A DNA stretch of 64,000 nt, from the NCBI GenBank assembly GCA_028023455.1, contig JAQFVV010000007.1:8990001-9054000 (forward strand). Reading direction: 5' to 3'. Source of the stretch: Epiperipatus broadwayi. Taxonomy: Eukaryota > Animalia > Onychophora. A model generated the notes under the pieces. The model ran no database searches and was not told where the DNA came from. It worked only from the letters and a program-made list of their open reading frames with translations. Below, in pieces: positions 50,600 through 64,000 of the stretch. The translations under genes were made by a program, and so were the position numbers. Positions within the stretch are counted from its first letter, which is position 1, and each line of letters begins with the position of its first letter.

Positions 50600-51420
50600 C
50601 TTTAGAAGAGCATGCACACTACCAACAAGACTTCTTTCTTTTGTAGATAAAATATATAAATGGATTGTACTATCTGTCCCAACTGCAGGCTTTTGAGGTG
50701 CTGGATGAATACTTAGCAACAAAAAAGAGATAAATTCTATGTGACACAACCATTTACATGGTCAAGAAATTATATTTCATGGGTTCTAGAGCAACTTGCT
50801 ATCTCCAGAGTTCCATCAATTCTAACAGTGGTGCCAAAATAATATTTGGAGATAACATACTTACTTTTTTTTACACACTTCAAATGAAAATTTCAGTAAA
50901 GTCCAGCTTTCAAACCTGCATATTAAGTACTTTGGGGCTAAAGATGAACAAGATAATATCAAGCTACAGAATTTTTTTGCAAAGCTTAGGAAAAATTGCT
51001 GGACTCATGCCCTCCAGAACTTCCAGGCATACCTAAATGTGTGTTTCCTCATCTCAGTAAATTCATAAGTGTTTTATCCACTATGTGCAGTTCCTTATCA
51101 AAGAAGCTATATGACACCAGGGATTATATCCAATTTTATTAGTCACATTTTGCAAAAAAATCATTATTACCATCAATATTACTATAGAAGATCTATATCC
51201 TTGCATGCATTACATATCAAACTCTTGGTCATTAAAAAGAAAATTAAACCACACATATTACCTATATTGTGCAACTCTCAATTTGCAAAAACAGTCTCAT
51301 CAGTAAGTAAAGCAGTGCTGCTTTCTAAAACAGTCTTAGACACAGCGTGTAATGCAAAAAATATAACCAATAGCAATTCAAATGGATATAAAATCAGCCT
51401 TTGATTCAATATCAGTTAAT
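50600..51420 (+). mobile_element. L1/Tx1-like LINE RT remnant
   Basis: GKIAGL.. (GKSPG-like) and IAIQMDIKSAFDSIS (RT motif D..KAFD). Confidence 0.65.
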
Positions 51421-51789
51421 ATTCTAATAAAAATATTAGTGGAAAAGATGTGTTCAGAATTGAATTAATATTGCATGTCATTGCATTTAATAATAATTAT
51501 TATATTCACTTTTAAATAAAGATTAAAAATGTAAATATGATAGTTTCTAGCCTAAAAATAATTAATAATAATCATCCAGATATTTATCAGGGAAGGATAA
51601 TGTCATAGTTGTTATAACAGAAAGCTTGGCATCTTTATATTAGATAGTAATTCATTTATAAAGTAAATATATGTTGCATTTTTCCCCCAAATCCCCCAAA
51701 TACGTCAAGGCAATAAAAAAGACCAGAATATATAAATATTATGAGTGTTAGATAAAAATAAGATGCCTTAAAACACAAAAACCATTTTA

Positions 51790-52260
51790 AACACATTCAA
51801 CTGTTATTAATAGCACACAGGTGTGTCTAAGGTAGCAGACTATGTATGTACCAGTCAACATATGTTCAATTGGAAAAATACAAAAATATTGGATAGAGAA
51901 AAGATAGAAAGAAGAAAATTTAAAGAAGCTGCTCTCATGATGATGGTGAACAACCCCATAAGTCAAGCTAGTGTGACTATACAAAATGTATGTAAATCTT
52001 ATGAAAAATTAGAGAAATCAGAAGGAACCTCATAGGTATATAAAATTTCTACTGACTGCTTTGGCAGGTTGGCTCAATTGATTAGCATTATCTTAAAATT
52101 CAATATTCAAGAATCTAAGGGTCCAGGTTTGATTCCCATGCTAGTAATGTCACTGGTCAGAACCAGCAACGCTAGAAGAAGAGAGGAGAATAATACATCT
52201 CAAAACATTGTGCATATACTAACTTGTGTGCTATTAATAACAGTAGAATGTATTTGGAAT
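51790..52260 (+). mobile_element. 5'-truncated PLE (endonuclease C-terminus, tRNA-like segment, degenerate HHR) with inverted tail
   Basis: SKVADYVCTSQH.FNWKNTKILDREK.ERRKFKEA; 51790-51822 is the inverted copy of ~52222-52255. Confidence 0.75.
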
Positions 52261-52782
52261 ATTTAACATTAAATTTTTCCAAAAACATTCAATACTTACA
52301 TTAGATGATGAAAATAGTCAGATATATAAATACAATTATATACTGGTTTCTTTCATTAATATTGAAACAAATACAGTTTCACGTATATATTTAAAAGATC
52401 CCCCCTCCCAAATCAAAATGACATAGGTTAAATTTAACCAGACTAGCAATATCTCAAAAATAAATAAAAAAAGGACTAATTATACTAAATATTTTAAAGA
52501 GAAGGAAGAAATAATGAAATTTGACTGCAATTAAATTGATAATTTATTAATTCATAACAATTTGGTCAAAATAAAAGGAAATCAAATTTTTTAAAATGAA
52601 AAAAAAAAAAAGAAAAGCAAATACGTTTATATTTGCAATTAAAAAAAGTATAAATATTTCTTTATTAAAATTAATAAAAATCAATTAAATAAAAAAAATC
52701 TTCAAACATTAAAACTCAGATTGAAGAAAACTTCTAAGACAGAATAAATGTAGGTGTCAAATCACCATAACGCAGACAATAA

Positions 52783-55700
52783 AAAATTAAGATTCAAAAA
52801 CCTATGAAGGCAGATAATCGAAAATAGTCACTAATTAAAAGTCTGTACCCGCCAAAGAGAAACTGTCCAATGATTGGGGGGTTAATGGCATGAACATAGA
52901 TGAAAACACACCAAAAACCAATTGAATTCAATGGGCATGTAAGATGAATCCGTTTGTCCAGGAGAAAAAATATATAAATAGTTAATTGATTCAGAGATAC
53001 AAGGTTTAGCTACATGACTACTAAAAAAGTGACTTAATGGAACCATCAAACAGCCTAATAAAACATCGTAATATGACCATCAGCTAGAGACCGCTCATCC
53101 TCTCTCCATCTATAAATTATGTGAACTCCAAGCCTTGCCTAGAAGTTTTAATGTGCCATTCAAGACAAACCCCCAGTTATTTAGTAATGCAGTAATAAAG
53201 GAATACATGAAATTTAGAGGTAAGCAATTAGAAATGAATCACTTACAATAAAATATAAATTAAAATTATAACTATTAATTTTTATAAAAACAAAAGAGAG
53301 AAAATGTTATATTATTAGTCTTAAAAAAAGTTTTCACAATCAATATTTATTAACTTCAGTCAAAAATTGACGATAATTTTTTTTATCTTTATTTAAAAAT
53401 GAAAACAAGAAATGAAAATCGTTATTATTTAATTAAAAACACTCACATATATGTGTGTTAAATATTCCATTAGTTAAACACCAATTATTTCATAAAATTT
53501 AAGATATGTTCAAATAATAGAAATACTTCTAATAATAATTGTAATAATTATTTCAAATGAACCAACTAAATGAAAATGTCAATCACAAAAATCAAAGATA
53601 TGATAAAAATAATAAAATGTATATTTACACCTATACTTGATTGGACTATGAATGCTCCACAAACCTGGAATTGCTGATATTACCTGCTTACTTACCTATG
53701 ATGATTCTTAAAAATAGTAAAATGCTATATAAATCATGAATATTTATATGCATGATAGCTATATCTTAATAAAATAATAAAACTTATGTGGATAAATACA
53801 CATCTATACTTGATTGGATTATAAATGCTCCATGAAACTGAAATCGCTGATATTACCTGCTTACCAACTGTAATAATTCTTAAAAATAATAAAATGCTAT
53901 ATGGATCATAAATATATATATGCATGTTAGCTATATCTTAATAAAATTTATGTGTATAAATATACACCTATACTTGATTGGATTATAAATGCTCCACAAA
54001 CCTGAAATCACTGATATTACCTGCTTACATACCTGTAATAATTCTTAAAAATAATAAAATAAAATGCTCCACAAACCTGAAATTGCTGGTATTACCCATT
54101 TACCTATCTAAAAGGAGATAAAAACCATTCATGCATTCATTGTATATGTATACTTATTTGAAAGGTTTCTAGATTTCTTCTCAAAATTGAACTATATTAG
54201 AAGGACTAGCTAATGATTTTTTCTCATAATTGAATTAAAATGAGTTTTCACATGGATACGAATAATGAACTATATTAGAAGAACTTGCTAATGATATCTC
54301 ATAACTGAACTTTAAATGAGTTTTCATATGGATACAAACAATAAAAAGTTAAGATTCGAAAAAAAATGAAGGCAGATAATCGAAAATAGTCACTAATTAA
54401 AAGTCTGTTCCTGCCAAAGAGTAACTGTCCAATGATTGGGGGATCAATAGCACGAACATAGATGAAAACACACCAAAAACCAATTGAATTCAGCAGGCAT
54501 CTATGATGAATCCATTTGTCAGGGAGAAAAAATATATAAATAATCCGGAAAATCAGTAGAAGATTATTATTAGATTCAGATATACAAGATATAGCTACAA
54601 GATTACTAAAAAAGTGACTTAATAGAACCATCAAACAGCCTAATGAATAATCCTAATATGACCATCGGCTAGAGACCGCTTGTCCTCTCTCCATCTGCAA
54701 ATTATGTGAACTCCAAAACTTGCCTAGAAGTTTTAACGTGCCATTCAAGACAGATTCCCAGTTATTTAATAATGCAGTAATAAACAAAGACATGAAATTT
54801 AGAGGTAAGCAATTAGAAATGATTCAATTACAATAAAATATGAATTAAAATTATAACTATTAATTTTTACCAAACAAAAGAGAAAAAATGTTATATTATT
54901 AGTCTTAAGAAAAGTTTTCACAATCAATTATTAACTTCAGTCAAAAGTTTATGATAGTTTTTTTTATCTTTATTTAAAAATGAAAACAAGAAATGAAAAT
55001 CGTTATTATTTAATTAAAAACACTCTCACATATATATATATGTGTGTGTTATATATTTTATTAGTTGAACACCAATTATTTCATAAAATTTAAGATATGT
55101 TCAAATAATAGAAATACTTCTAATAATAATTGTAATAATTATTTCAAATGAACCAACTAAATGGAAATGTCAATTACAAAAATCAAAGATATGGTAAAAA
55201 TAATAAAATGTTATATAAATCATAAATACTTATATGCATGTCAGCTATATCTCAATAAAATAATAAAACGTATGTCTATAAATATACATGTATACTTGAT
55301 TGGATTATAAATGCTCAACAAATATGGAATTGCTGATATTACCTGCTTACCTACCTGTAATGATTCTTAAAAATAATAAAATATTATATGAATCATAAAT
55401 ACATATATGAATGTTAGCTATATCTTGATAAAATAATAAAATGTATGTTTATAAATATACATTTATACTTGATTGGATTATAAATGCTCCACAAACCTGG
55501 AATTGCTGATATTACCTGCTTATCTACCTATGATGATTCTTAAAAATAATAAAATGCTATATGAATCAAATACTTATATGCAGGTTAGCTATATCTTAAT
55601 AAAATGTATGTGTATAAATATACATCTACACTGGATTGAATTATAAATGCTCCACAAACATGAAATTGCTGATATTACCTGCTTACCTGATTGTAATGAT

Positions 55701-56495
55701 TCTTAAAAATAATAAAATGCTATATGAATCATAAACATTTATATGCATGTTAGCTATATCTTAATAAAATAATAAAACGTATGTTGATAAATACACACAT
55801 ATACTTGATTGGATTATAAATGCTCCACAAACCTGAAATCGCTGATATTATCTGCTTACCTATCTGTAATGATTCTTAAAAATAATAAAATGCTATATGT
55901 ATCATAAATACATATATGCATGTTAGCTATATCTTAATAAAATAATAAAACGTGTATAAATATACACCTATACTTGATTGGATTATAAATGCTCCACAAA
56001 CCTGAAATCGCTGATATTACCTGCTTACCTACTTGTAATGATTCTTAAAAATAATAAAATGAAATGCTCCACAAACCTGGAATTGCTGATATTACCCGTT
56101 TACCTATCTAAAAGGACATACAGACCTAGAACAAATAATTAAAAACATTCATTGTATATGTATATTTATTTGAAAGACTTCTAGATTTCTTCTCATAATT
56201 GAACTAAAATAAGTTTTCATGTGGATACGAATAATGAACTATATTAGAAGGACTTGCTGATGACTTTGTCTCATATTTGAACTAAAATGAGTTTTCACAT
56301 GGATACGAATAATGAACTATATTAGAAGAACTTGCTAATGACTTCTCATAATTGAACTAAAATGAGTTTTCACGTGAATACAAATAATGAACTATATTAG
56401 AAGGACTTGTTAATGACTTCTTCTCATAATTGAATTGAAATGAGTTTTCACATAGATATAAACAATGAACTATATTAGAAGGACTTGCTAATGAA
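52783..56495. repeat. Higher-order tandem duplication (~1.56 kb + ~2.15 kb): PLE remnant + ~170-bp and ~78-bp tandem repeats
   Basis: ttaagattc..atgaaggcagataatcgaaaatagtcac at ~52785 and ~54347; 170-bp units ~3 vs ~5; 78-bp units ~2-3 vs ~4; SAGIY..C..KIY..SG.S GIY-YIG-like remnant. Confidence 0.85.
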
Positions 56496-57699
56496 TTGTT
56501 GTTAAATAAAATTGTTATTAAAAATTAATCTAATCATTTAGTTCCATTTTTGCATCACTAGTTATTCATTGCATCTTGCTCACAAGAATCTCATGCCTGC
56601 TGAGCTATGTTCGACATAACCACATCATGATAAGTAAGGTTGTAGTGAGATGGAACTCTAATGGCACCATTTGGAAAACTAAACACAAATTTCTAGATGC
56701 TTCCGGTCTTATGGTGCTACATCCTCTGATGAACAGGAAATATTGTTGTAGATGGAGTGACATCTGCAATGGGAAATGCCAATTGATAGTTCCTTCCTGC
56801 AATATGCTCATCAGGAAATAAAATCAATGAAGAGTGGGGTTGGTTCTTGAATGGTTACAATATATATATATATTCTAACCTCCCCCCGCGCGTCCTCACC
56901 CCAAAAATATACTGTTTATTACGAATATTACGGGTTCTAGCTCAGTTAACAAATAAATAAATGAAATATTCAGCATTAATTAAAATGATTACTAGCTCTA
57001 ATTTTAAAATACAAATTCGATTCAATTTTAAAATGAATTAACAAATATTTACTATTTTCATGAGACATGGAGTGACAATACGGGGAACGAGATAGACTAC
57101 ATTGAGACATTATCCACACAATACTACCTCAATGGCATAAGAACACTATCCCCTTTTTTTTTACTATACCAAATAACTAACTCATAGTATTCTTACGACT
57201 TTCTAAGCTCTATGCACTACGATTAAAAATAATAATCATATCTTAATCTTCTTTATAACAAGAATCTAGCTCAATTAAATAAAATGAAGTAAAATAAAAT
57301 AAAATCTCAGGTTCAGAAATTGTATTCTAACTAATTTAAAATTACGGTAGTAAAATATGAAAAGGGAATTTTATGTCATAATCTACTACACAGCAACTAA
57401 TAATAATAAAATAATAATAACAATAATAATATAATATAATCTTATTTCTTCCTAAATAAAATAAATAAATATGTACGTGGTAGTATTTTAATAATCTGAC
57501 AACAGAATACGTGTGGCAACATTAGCATATAATTTAATGTAATATTGTGGCAACCGACTTATGACCAATAAATAATATAAAATTATGATCTTTTAATTTT
57601 AACATACCAATAAATTCTCAAAATTATTATAACACTTTTATGTTTACCTTTCGTGCAAAATTTATATGTTTGTTTCAATTATAAAGGTATCGTGATTTC

Positions 57700-60600
57700 A
57701 TGCATCCATGTGGAGAAATAACAACTCGGACACAAAAACTTTAGAACAAATTTAAAACAAAGTTTATTAACAACATAAATAAATTAACAATATTTTACAC
57801 TATATACATTGGATATCCCTTACTTTCATATCTCAACTTAGTTTATTAGTTTATAAAATGAAATCAAAATATTATTTACTTTTCCTAGTTAAATCTTATT
57901 TTTAAACACTTAAGAAAATACAGTATTATTACTTGATTTATTATTATGGTTAGCTTATTACAAAATGCATTTCTTAGATGATTATCACAAACACTTTTCA
58001 TCCCTAATATTATTAAAATTATATTTTTTTTTACAAAATTTACATTTGTAGTAAAATTCTATAAAACAACAAATTTTAGTTTTATATTGGTTGTATGGAA
58101 TCTTACAAAGTCAAAACATTGTTCTACATTAGGTATTAGGTTTTTATTGTTCATTATCCGATGTTTATTATTCCTAATATTCTCATTCAAGCCTTACTTC
58201 GGATGATATAATTACAACTATTAATATACCATGCACAAGTATATGTTTATTTCACATTATTGGACTATTTTCTTAATAAATATGCAATACTTATTTTCTA
58301 AATATTATTAAAAAAAAATTCATTCAAATTTTATTATCACTTTTAAAATACTTGGTTTAGATTTCTTTTCAAAATCTTATATTCATTTCTGAATTAACTT
58401 TACAATGTATTATATGATTCTTTCTCTCTTTATGATATTTTGGACTTTCAATTTTAAAGTTACATAATTCTATACATTCCAGCAAATAAACTATTCTTAC
58501 ATAAACGATAACATATCTTCAGTTCTATTTTATTCATTATTTCTTTGAAAATATCTTTCTGACCGATGCAGATTCATGAAATAAGGATAGCGAAGATAGA
58601 TGCATAGGATCAAAATACAACTAGAATATTACGCGTCATATATCTTGACAATCATGGCACAGTGAATTAAAAGACACTATAGAGGAGTGACCTGTATCTG
58701 TCTACCAACCTCTATCAAAGGAACGATGTTAAAGCTATTTCTTCAGCTTTATTATAACATCAAAAGTTTAAAGATATGCAAAAACACTGTCCAAACTATA
58801 TGTGTTCAGTCATAGGGCCTAGTTAACTATACTGAAATCACACAAAACTAAATATGATCCAAATCCTTTATTTTTCCTATTTCTTAAAAAAAAACATCAT
58901 CTTGGTTTCCTTTCCACTAGTACTTCCAAGTCACTATCCGATCTTATTTCTCAAGATTTTTTCTATACTGTACATCGACAAATACATATCTGCATTACTA
59001 ACAATAATAAAATTCATTTATTTTAAAACTATTCTACTGTTCTATAAGACAGCTTGCTTACTACTTTCTTCCATATATTTAGTCATACAAACTACTTAAA
59101 TATCTGAATACTTTATTACATGAAAGTTCAAAAGAATCACACAATTGTTCTGTTAAATTATATTATTAATATACTTTAAATAAATTATTGCATGCATATT
59201 CCGAATTACTCCTATCTCATAATATGTTAAAAATGTTGTATAAAATGTGTACATATATTTTAAACTTTCACACTTCATTCTTAGGTCAATAGATGATCTA
59301 AAAAAAATACATTATGCATTATAAATAACTATCAAAATTACCAAAACGACCTTTATCTTCTCGATCGCGTTCCGTAGGCTTCACCATCCATTTGATCCTT
59401 GTAGATATAAGATTCACATCCATACACTTTATTTTTAAACAATATTTTTATAATTTTATCAAGTTATTATATTTAAATTTTAATATTACTAAATTTATGT
59501 TTATATGTTTTCCCTAATCTCACATAACATTTTATATTCTAAATAAATTAGTAAAAAATATTCCAAACTATATTTACTGTACTTCTTCATCAAATTTTCT
59601 TGAAAACCGTTCATATTAAAGCTAAAAAAAAAAATGTTTATTATTTCTTCTTCAGTCACTTAATGTTCTTCTCCCTACTTGTTCAATTTTAAGGCAAAAC
59701 AAATATTACTCTGTTTAATAAATATTCATAGATGACAATCCTTGGTTTTTTATAATATTTAATACAATTATTAATTATGATATTAATTAATCCCGTAAAG
59801 AAAAAACGTCTACATATTCTCTGCTAATATTTCTTGCTAATATTTTCCCGCGCGACTTTTATGATGCATCTTCTATGTACTTTGATTTAAATATTCAGTA
59901 AATTTTTCTATTTCCATGGATCCATTTTCATTAAGTAATTTAAATTTCCATTTTCCTAATCTCTATCTTTATTAAGCGTTTTTATAATGAACACTTTATA
60001 ATATTTTAATTCTTCTTAGATAAAGTTTTTTTTTCTTTCCTTTTTTAAAAAATATAATGACTCTTTCCTATCATTATTCGGTAATTTTTCCTTTCTTTTA
60101 AAGTTCTGGTAACTATATACTTTGTAATGTTTCCTTTAAAAAGGACAAACATTCTTTCTCTGTTATAACTTTTACATAATTTTTTCTTTATGATATACGC
60201 ATCTTAATTTTTCCATAGAGAAGAATAAAATAACTTCAGAGTAGCCTTATAAATTTGTGCGTCATAATTTTTCCTGATGGCAAATAACTTCTCTTTTAAG
60301 TTTTCCGTATAGCGTCCAAATTATATTCCTCTGAGTTATAATAATAAGTTTCTGGTTGAGCATAAATAAAGCTGTATCAAGGCACTTTACAAATATTTTT
60401 CCTTTATCATAACTTCTATATACTGTTTTCTGTAGTATTTCCATTTTTACTGCAAGGTTTTGGCTAAACTTGAATAAAATCACTGGTAAGAAAACTTTTA
60501 AAAATTAGCCCTCCATGTAAAGGCAGTTCAAAATATTATATTTAAAAAAAACTTTTTAAAACAAATACAAATTTTTAAAATTATATTACTTTTCTAGCTT

Positions 60601-60700
60601 ACGATCTTATACAGCCAAAAAAAATATGTTACTCCCTCCTTCACTTACACATTACTTTCTCCCGCTCCATCTAGTTCTTATATTTTGTCTGCTAAAATAC
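57700..60700 (-). mobile_element. Heavily decayed Ty3/Gypsy pol remnant
   Basis: WMVKPTERDREDK (W...DREKTAF-like), AIIYLKYI (YLDDI-like), WYINSC (integrase HHCC-like) in RT-to-IN order. Confidence 0.45.
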
Positions 60701-61699
60701 CTCCGTTGATTGGTTAATGACTTTTTTAGTGCAAACAAATTTACACATTTTTAGTTTTATAACAGACTAAATTTTTCAAATAAGACATTTATGACGTAAT
60801 GATTTAAAATATTACTTAAAATAGTATTTTTAAACTCAATTATAGTTTTATCAAAATTATTTAAACTTTAAAACAATTATTAAAATAACATTTAATATCT
60901 ATTTTAATATTAGTATTTAATTTATCTTGTTTTTATTTAAATAAAATATTTAATTTTTTTATTAACTGTATTCAACTTTTAAACACTACTTAAATATTAC
61001 ATCATTTAAACATTTAAAATAACTATTTAATATTTCAACATTCATTTCAACGATAGACAGCAATTACATTTAGTTCCATAATTCACAAACTTTATTATTA
61101 TATTCTAACAAGCGTGTGTGTGAAGGTATATAATAAACAGTCACATGATTACTAACTTTATCAGATGATTTGATTTTTAATTTACGTCTTGGTTTAAATT
61201 ACCAAAACTGATATATTTTATAAAAATTTGGAAAATAATTTAAAATGTAGAACTAAATATAATTCTCACCATCCCAAAGTTTATTTTAAAATATATTAGA
61301 TTAAATTTGAATATTAATTATAATTATAATATTACATATCGTTTTTATTTACTTTATTAGTTTTAAAACATTACAATTGAATTGTTTAATATACTTTTAA
61401 CTATTTATAGCTGTGTTATTTTATATGGCCAGCTTTTACAACCATAAGCAAGGATATAATTAAGCTTTATTTAACTGTTTTCTTTTAAAATAATCCATTA
61501 CACTTTTATATACCAGGTATTTTCAGCCTTAAATTGTACTATAAGATCTAATCGATCATACAATTATCAATATACTACACAAACGTATTTTAAAATTTTA
61601 AATTTTTTAGTAATTGACCATTCTACCTTATTATGATCTATAGATAAGGGCACAATATATATATATATTGAAACAGATACATTATTTCACGAATATATT

Positions 61700-62340
61700 T
61701 TAAGAGTTATTTTCCACTTCCACCTAAAGTGATTGATTGAAGTAAAACAGATGTATATAAAAGAAACCAACTTTTCAATAATCTTATAAAAATGTTTAAA
61801 TTTAAGAGAAAATATTGATTGATAGGTGAAAAAAAAGATAAATCTTCATTATTGATTTTTATAATTTTTAAATCACAAAATAAATACATCTTTAAACATT
61901 TAAAACTGGCATTTATTAAAATATTATTTTTTAATTTTTGAGCCGATGTTGTTGTATACAAAGTGTGATAATCACTGCCTTGTTTTCCAAATTTGATAAT
62001 CTGCCTAATTCCCCATCTGTTCCCACTAAAATTAAAATATCCAATCATCAAGAAGAGAAAAACACACAGGCTTTGATGAAAGCTTTTTGACAAATCAGAT
62101 ACAATGGAGTCATGCTATATTAATCTACAGAATTGATTAGGGTATAAATAGTGGAGTTTGAAGCTCAAAAAAAGTTCTATTTATGTGTTTAGTTGTCAAG
62201 TGATTTTAGTGCAGAGTCACCTTTGGAATATTATATTTTTGACCACACAGCTTATCCCAGCTGAGAAATCTAGTTTTACTAAGTGTGAACCCTACAGTTG
62301 TTGGATGTTGAAAAGAAAAGTATTAATATGGGAAGCATAA
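61700..62340 (-). mobile_element. LINE APE-endonuclease remnant (I/Jockey-like)
   Basis: FLMIGYFNFSGNRWG resembles GDFNAH...WG; preceded by GISCVVK and LYPN (IY.PP-like). Confidence 0.55.
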
Positions 62341-62539
62341 GGATGATAGGCTAATCAGTAATAGCTTTCTATCTATCTACAGCCATGAATCTCCAAGCCA
62401 TGCCTGAGTGAATATGCATGGAAAATAAATAATGCCATTCAGCTTAAATAAACCAACCCCTTTTTGAAATGCAATAGTGACCTGCAGTGGATGAACACAC
62501 CAGATGAAAATGAAGGTAATGATTTTATGAAATATTAAA

Positions 62540-63420
62540 AACTTATATGTTTATAGCCAAGATACATATTTCTTGATATAAATCATAAATGATTACATTT
62601 TTATATGCAAATACATTTTATTAGGATAAATCATAAATGCTTATACATTTTATATACCAAATACTTCTGTATGGAAATAAAGAATAAACACTTATATGTT
62701 TATAATCAAAAAAGCATCTATCTTGAAATAAATCATAAATGATTATATTTTATATGCAAATACATTTTTATTAGGATAAATCATAAATGCTTATACATTT
62801 TATATACCAAATATGTCTGTATGGAAATAAAGAATAAATACTTATATGTTTATAGTCAAAAAACAACTTTTTTGAAATAAATCATAAATGATTATATTTT
62901 ATATACAATACATTTTTATTGGGATAAATCATAAATGCTTATACATATTATATACCAAATACTACTGTAAAGAAATAAAGAAAAAATACTTATATCTTAT
63001 CTGCAAAATATGTCTGTAATGGAATAAATCATAAATGATTATGTTTGATATACAAAATATGTCTTTGTTGGAATAAATCATGAATACTTAAATTTTAGAC
63101 ACATGCTATGTCTGTGTGGAAATAAATCCCAAACACTTATATGTTTATAATCAAAAAACATCTTTCTTGAAATAAATCATAAATGATTATATTTTTATAT
63201 GAAAATACATTTTATTGGGGATAAATCATAAATCCTTAGATGTCTATAATCAAAACATGTCTTTAATGAAATAAATCATAAATGATTATGTTTGATATAC
63301 AAAATACATCTTTGTTGGAATAAATCATGAATACTCATATTTTAGACACATGCCATGTCTGTATGGAAATAAATCCCAAATACCAATATGTTTAATTGAA
63401 TAAATCATAAACTATTATAT
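62540..63420. repeat. Complex minisatellite: ~48-50-bp subunits (taaatcataaatg) in ~150-bp higher-order units
   Basis: More than 10 copies of ataaatcataaat; cttatatgtttata recurs at ~62690, 62840, 63135. Confidence 0.85.
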
Positions 63421-64000
63421 TTTAATAAACAAAATACGTCTGCACTAGCATAGATCAAATATACTACATATATCAATCTGAATGAAGTATAAATGCTATA
63501 TAATTGAAATAAGTCTCTAGCTGTTGGAATAATAAATGTTATGTAGAAAACATGGATATACCTGGAGGAATTAGAAAGGCTTAAGAAAATAATACACATC
63601 TTTAAAAAAAAGAATTACAAATGTCTATAAAAAAAATGTGGCTGTACATGGAATTAAGGAATAATATTTAAATCACAACTAAAGAATTAAAGGACACTGC
63701 AGATAAATACATCACCAATAAGGAGTAACTGATCAATGGAACCTAAGAAAATGTGTGCATACCAGAAAATGGATCCTAAAGATAAACTATATCAAAAATG
63801 AACTAATGATAAACTTTATGGGTTTATTGTCCAAAATAACTATGGAGAACTAATAATCTTATCAAATGTTATGAAATAAATTTATTGTTATATAAAACCA
63901 ATCCAGTTGTTCATGTTGCATCATTTGTCATTCATTGCACTTGTTCATGAGAATCTCATACCTCCTAAGCTATGTCCGGCATAACTAGACCTAGGTAAGT
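63420..64000 (+). mobile_element. Decayed PLE 3' region; its tail is homologous to 56500-56640
   Basis: EELERLKKII..FKKKNY resembles the PLE thumb; 63890-64000 aligns with 56530-56640. Confidence 0.45.

Noticed and set aside
53600-56495. CRISPR-like array
   Set aside because: Whole units are repeated with no unique spacers, there are no cas genes and the context is eukaryotic; these are minisatellites.
61707-62093. 128-aa ORF as an intact gene
   Set aside because: It is a mutated LINE endonuclease segment (GDFN changed to GYFN) without RT, followed by low-complexity AT-rich sequence.

Overview
This is very AT-rich eukaryotic (invertebrate-like animal) DNA with no intact multi-exon protein-coding gene that I can reconstruct. 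The only host-gene signal is a compact, probably bidirectional promoter at ~20.24-20.43 kb, flanked by two divergent short first exons with GTAAGT donors. The rest looks like long introns or intergenic DNA full of decayed transposons: a near full-length RTE LINE, a twin-primed RTE, L1/Tx1-, CR1- and I-like LINE fragments, a Gypsy pol remnant, several mariners, a pogo remnant, short tRNA-derived SINEs and about 10 Penelope-like element (PLE) remnants. The main result is a dense set of type I hammerhead ribozyme (HHR) motifs. They occur at PLE 3' ends (23.8, 24.65/25.44, 39.76/39.84 kb) and in three non-coding tandem-repeat families with monomers of ~448, ~383 and ~462 bp (retrozyme-like). Almost all of these insertions share one architecture: a head-to-head inverted duplication with the ribozymes pointing outward, as in the GIY-YIG-coding PLE palindrome at 24.5-25.5 kb. 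This suggests a PLE helper plus non-autonomous ribozyme-retroelement system. All structures and alignments were read by eye; activity and novelty are untested.
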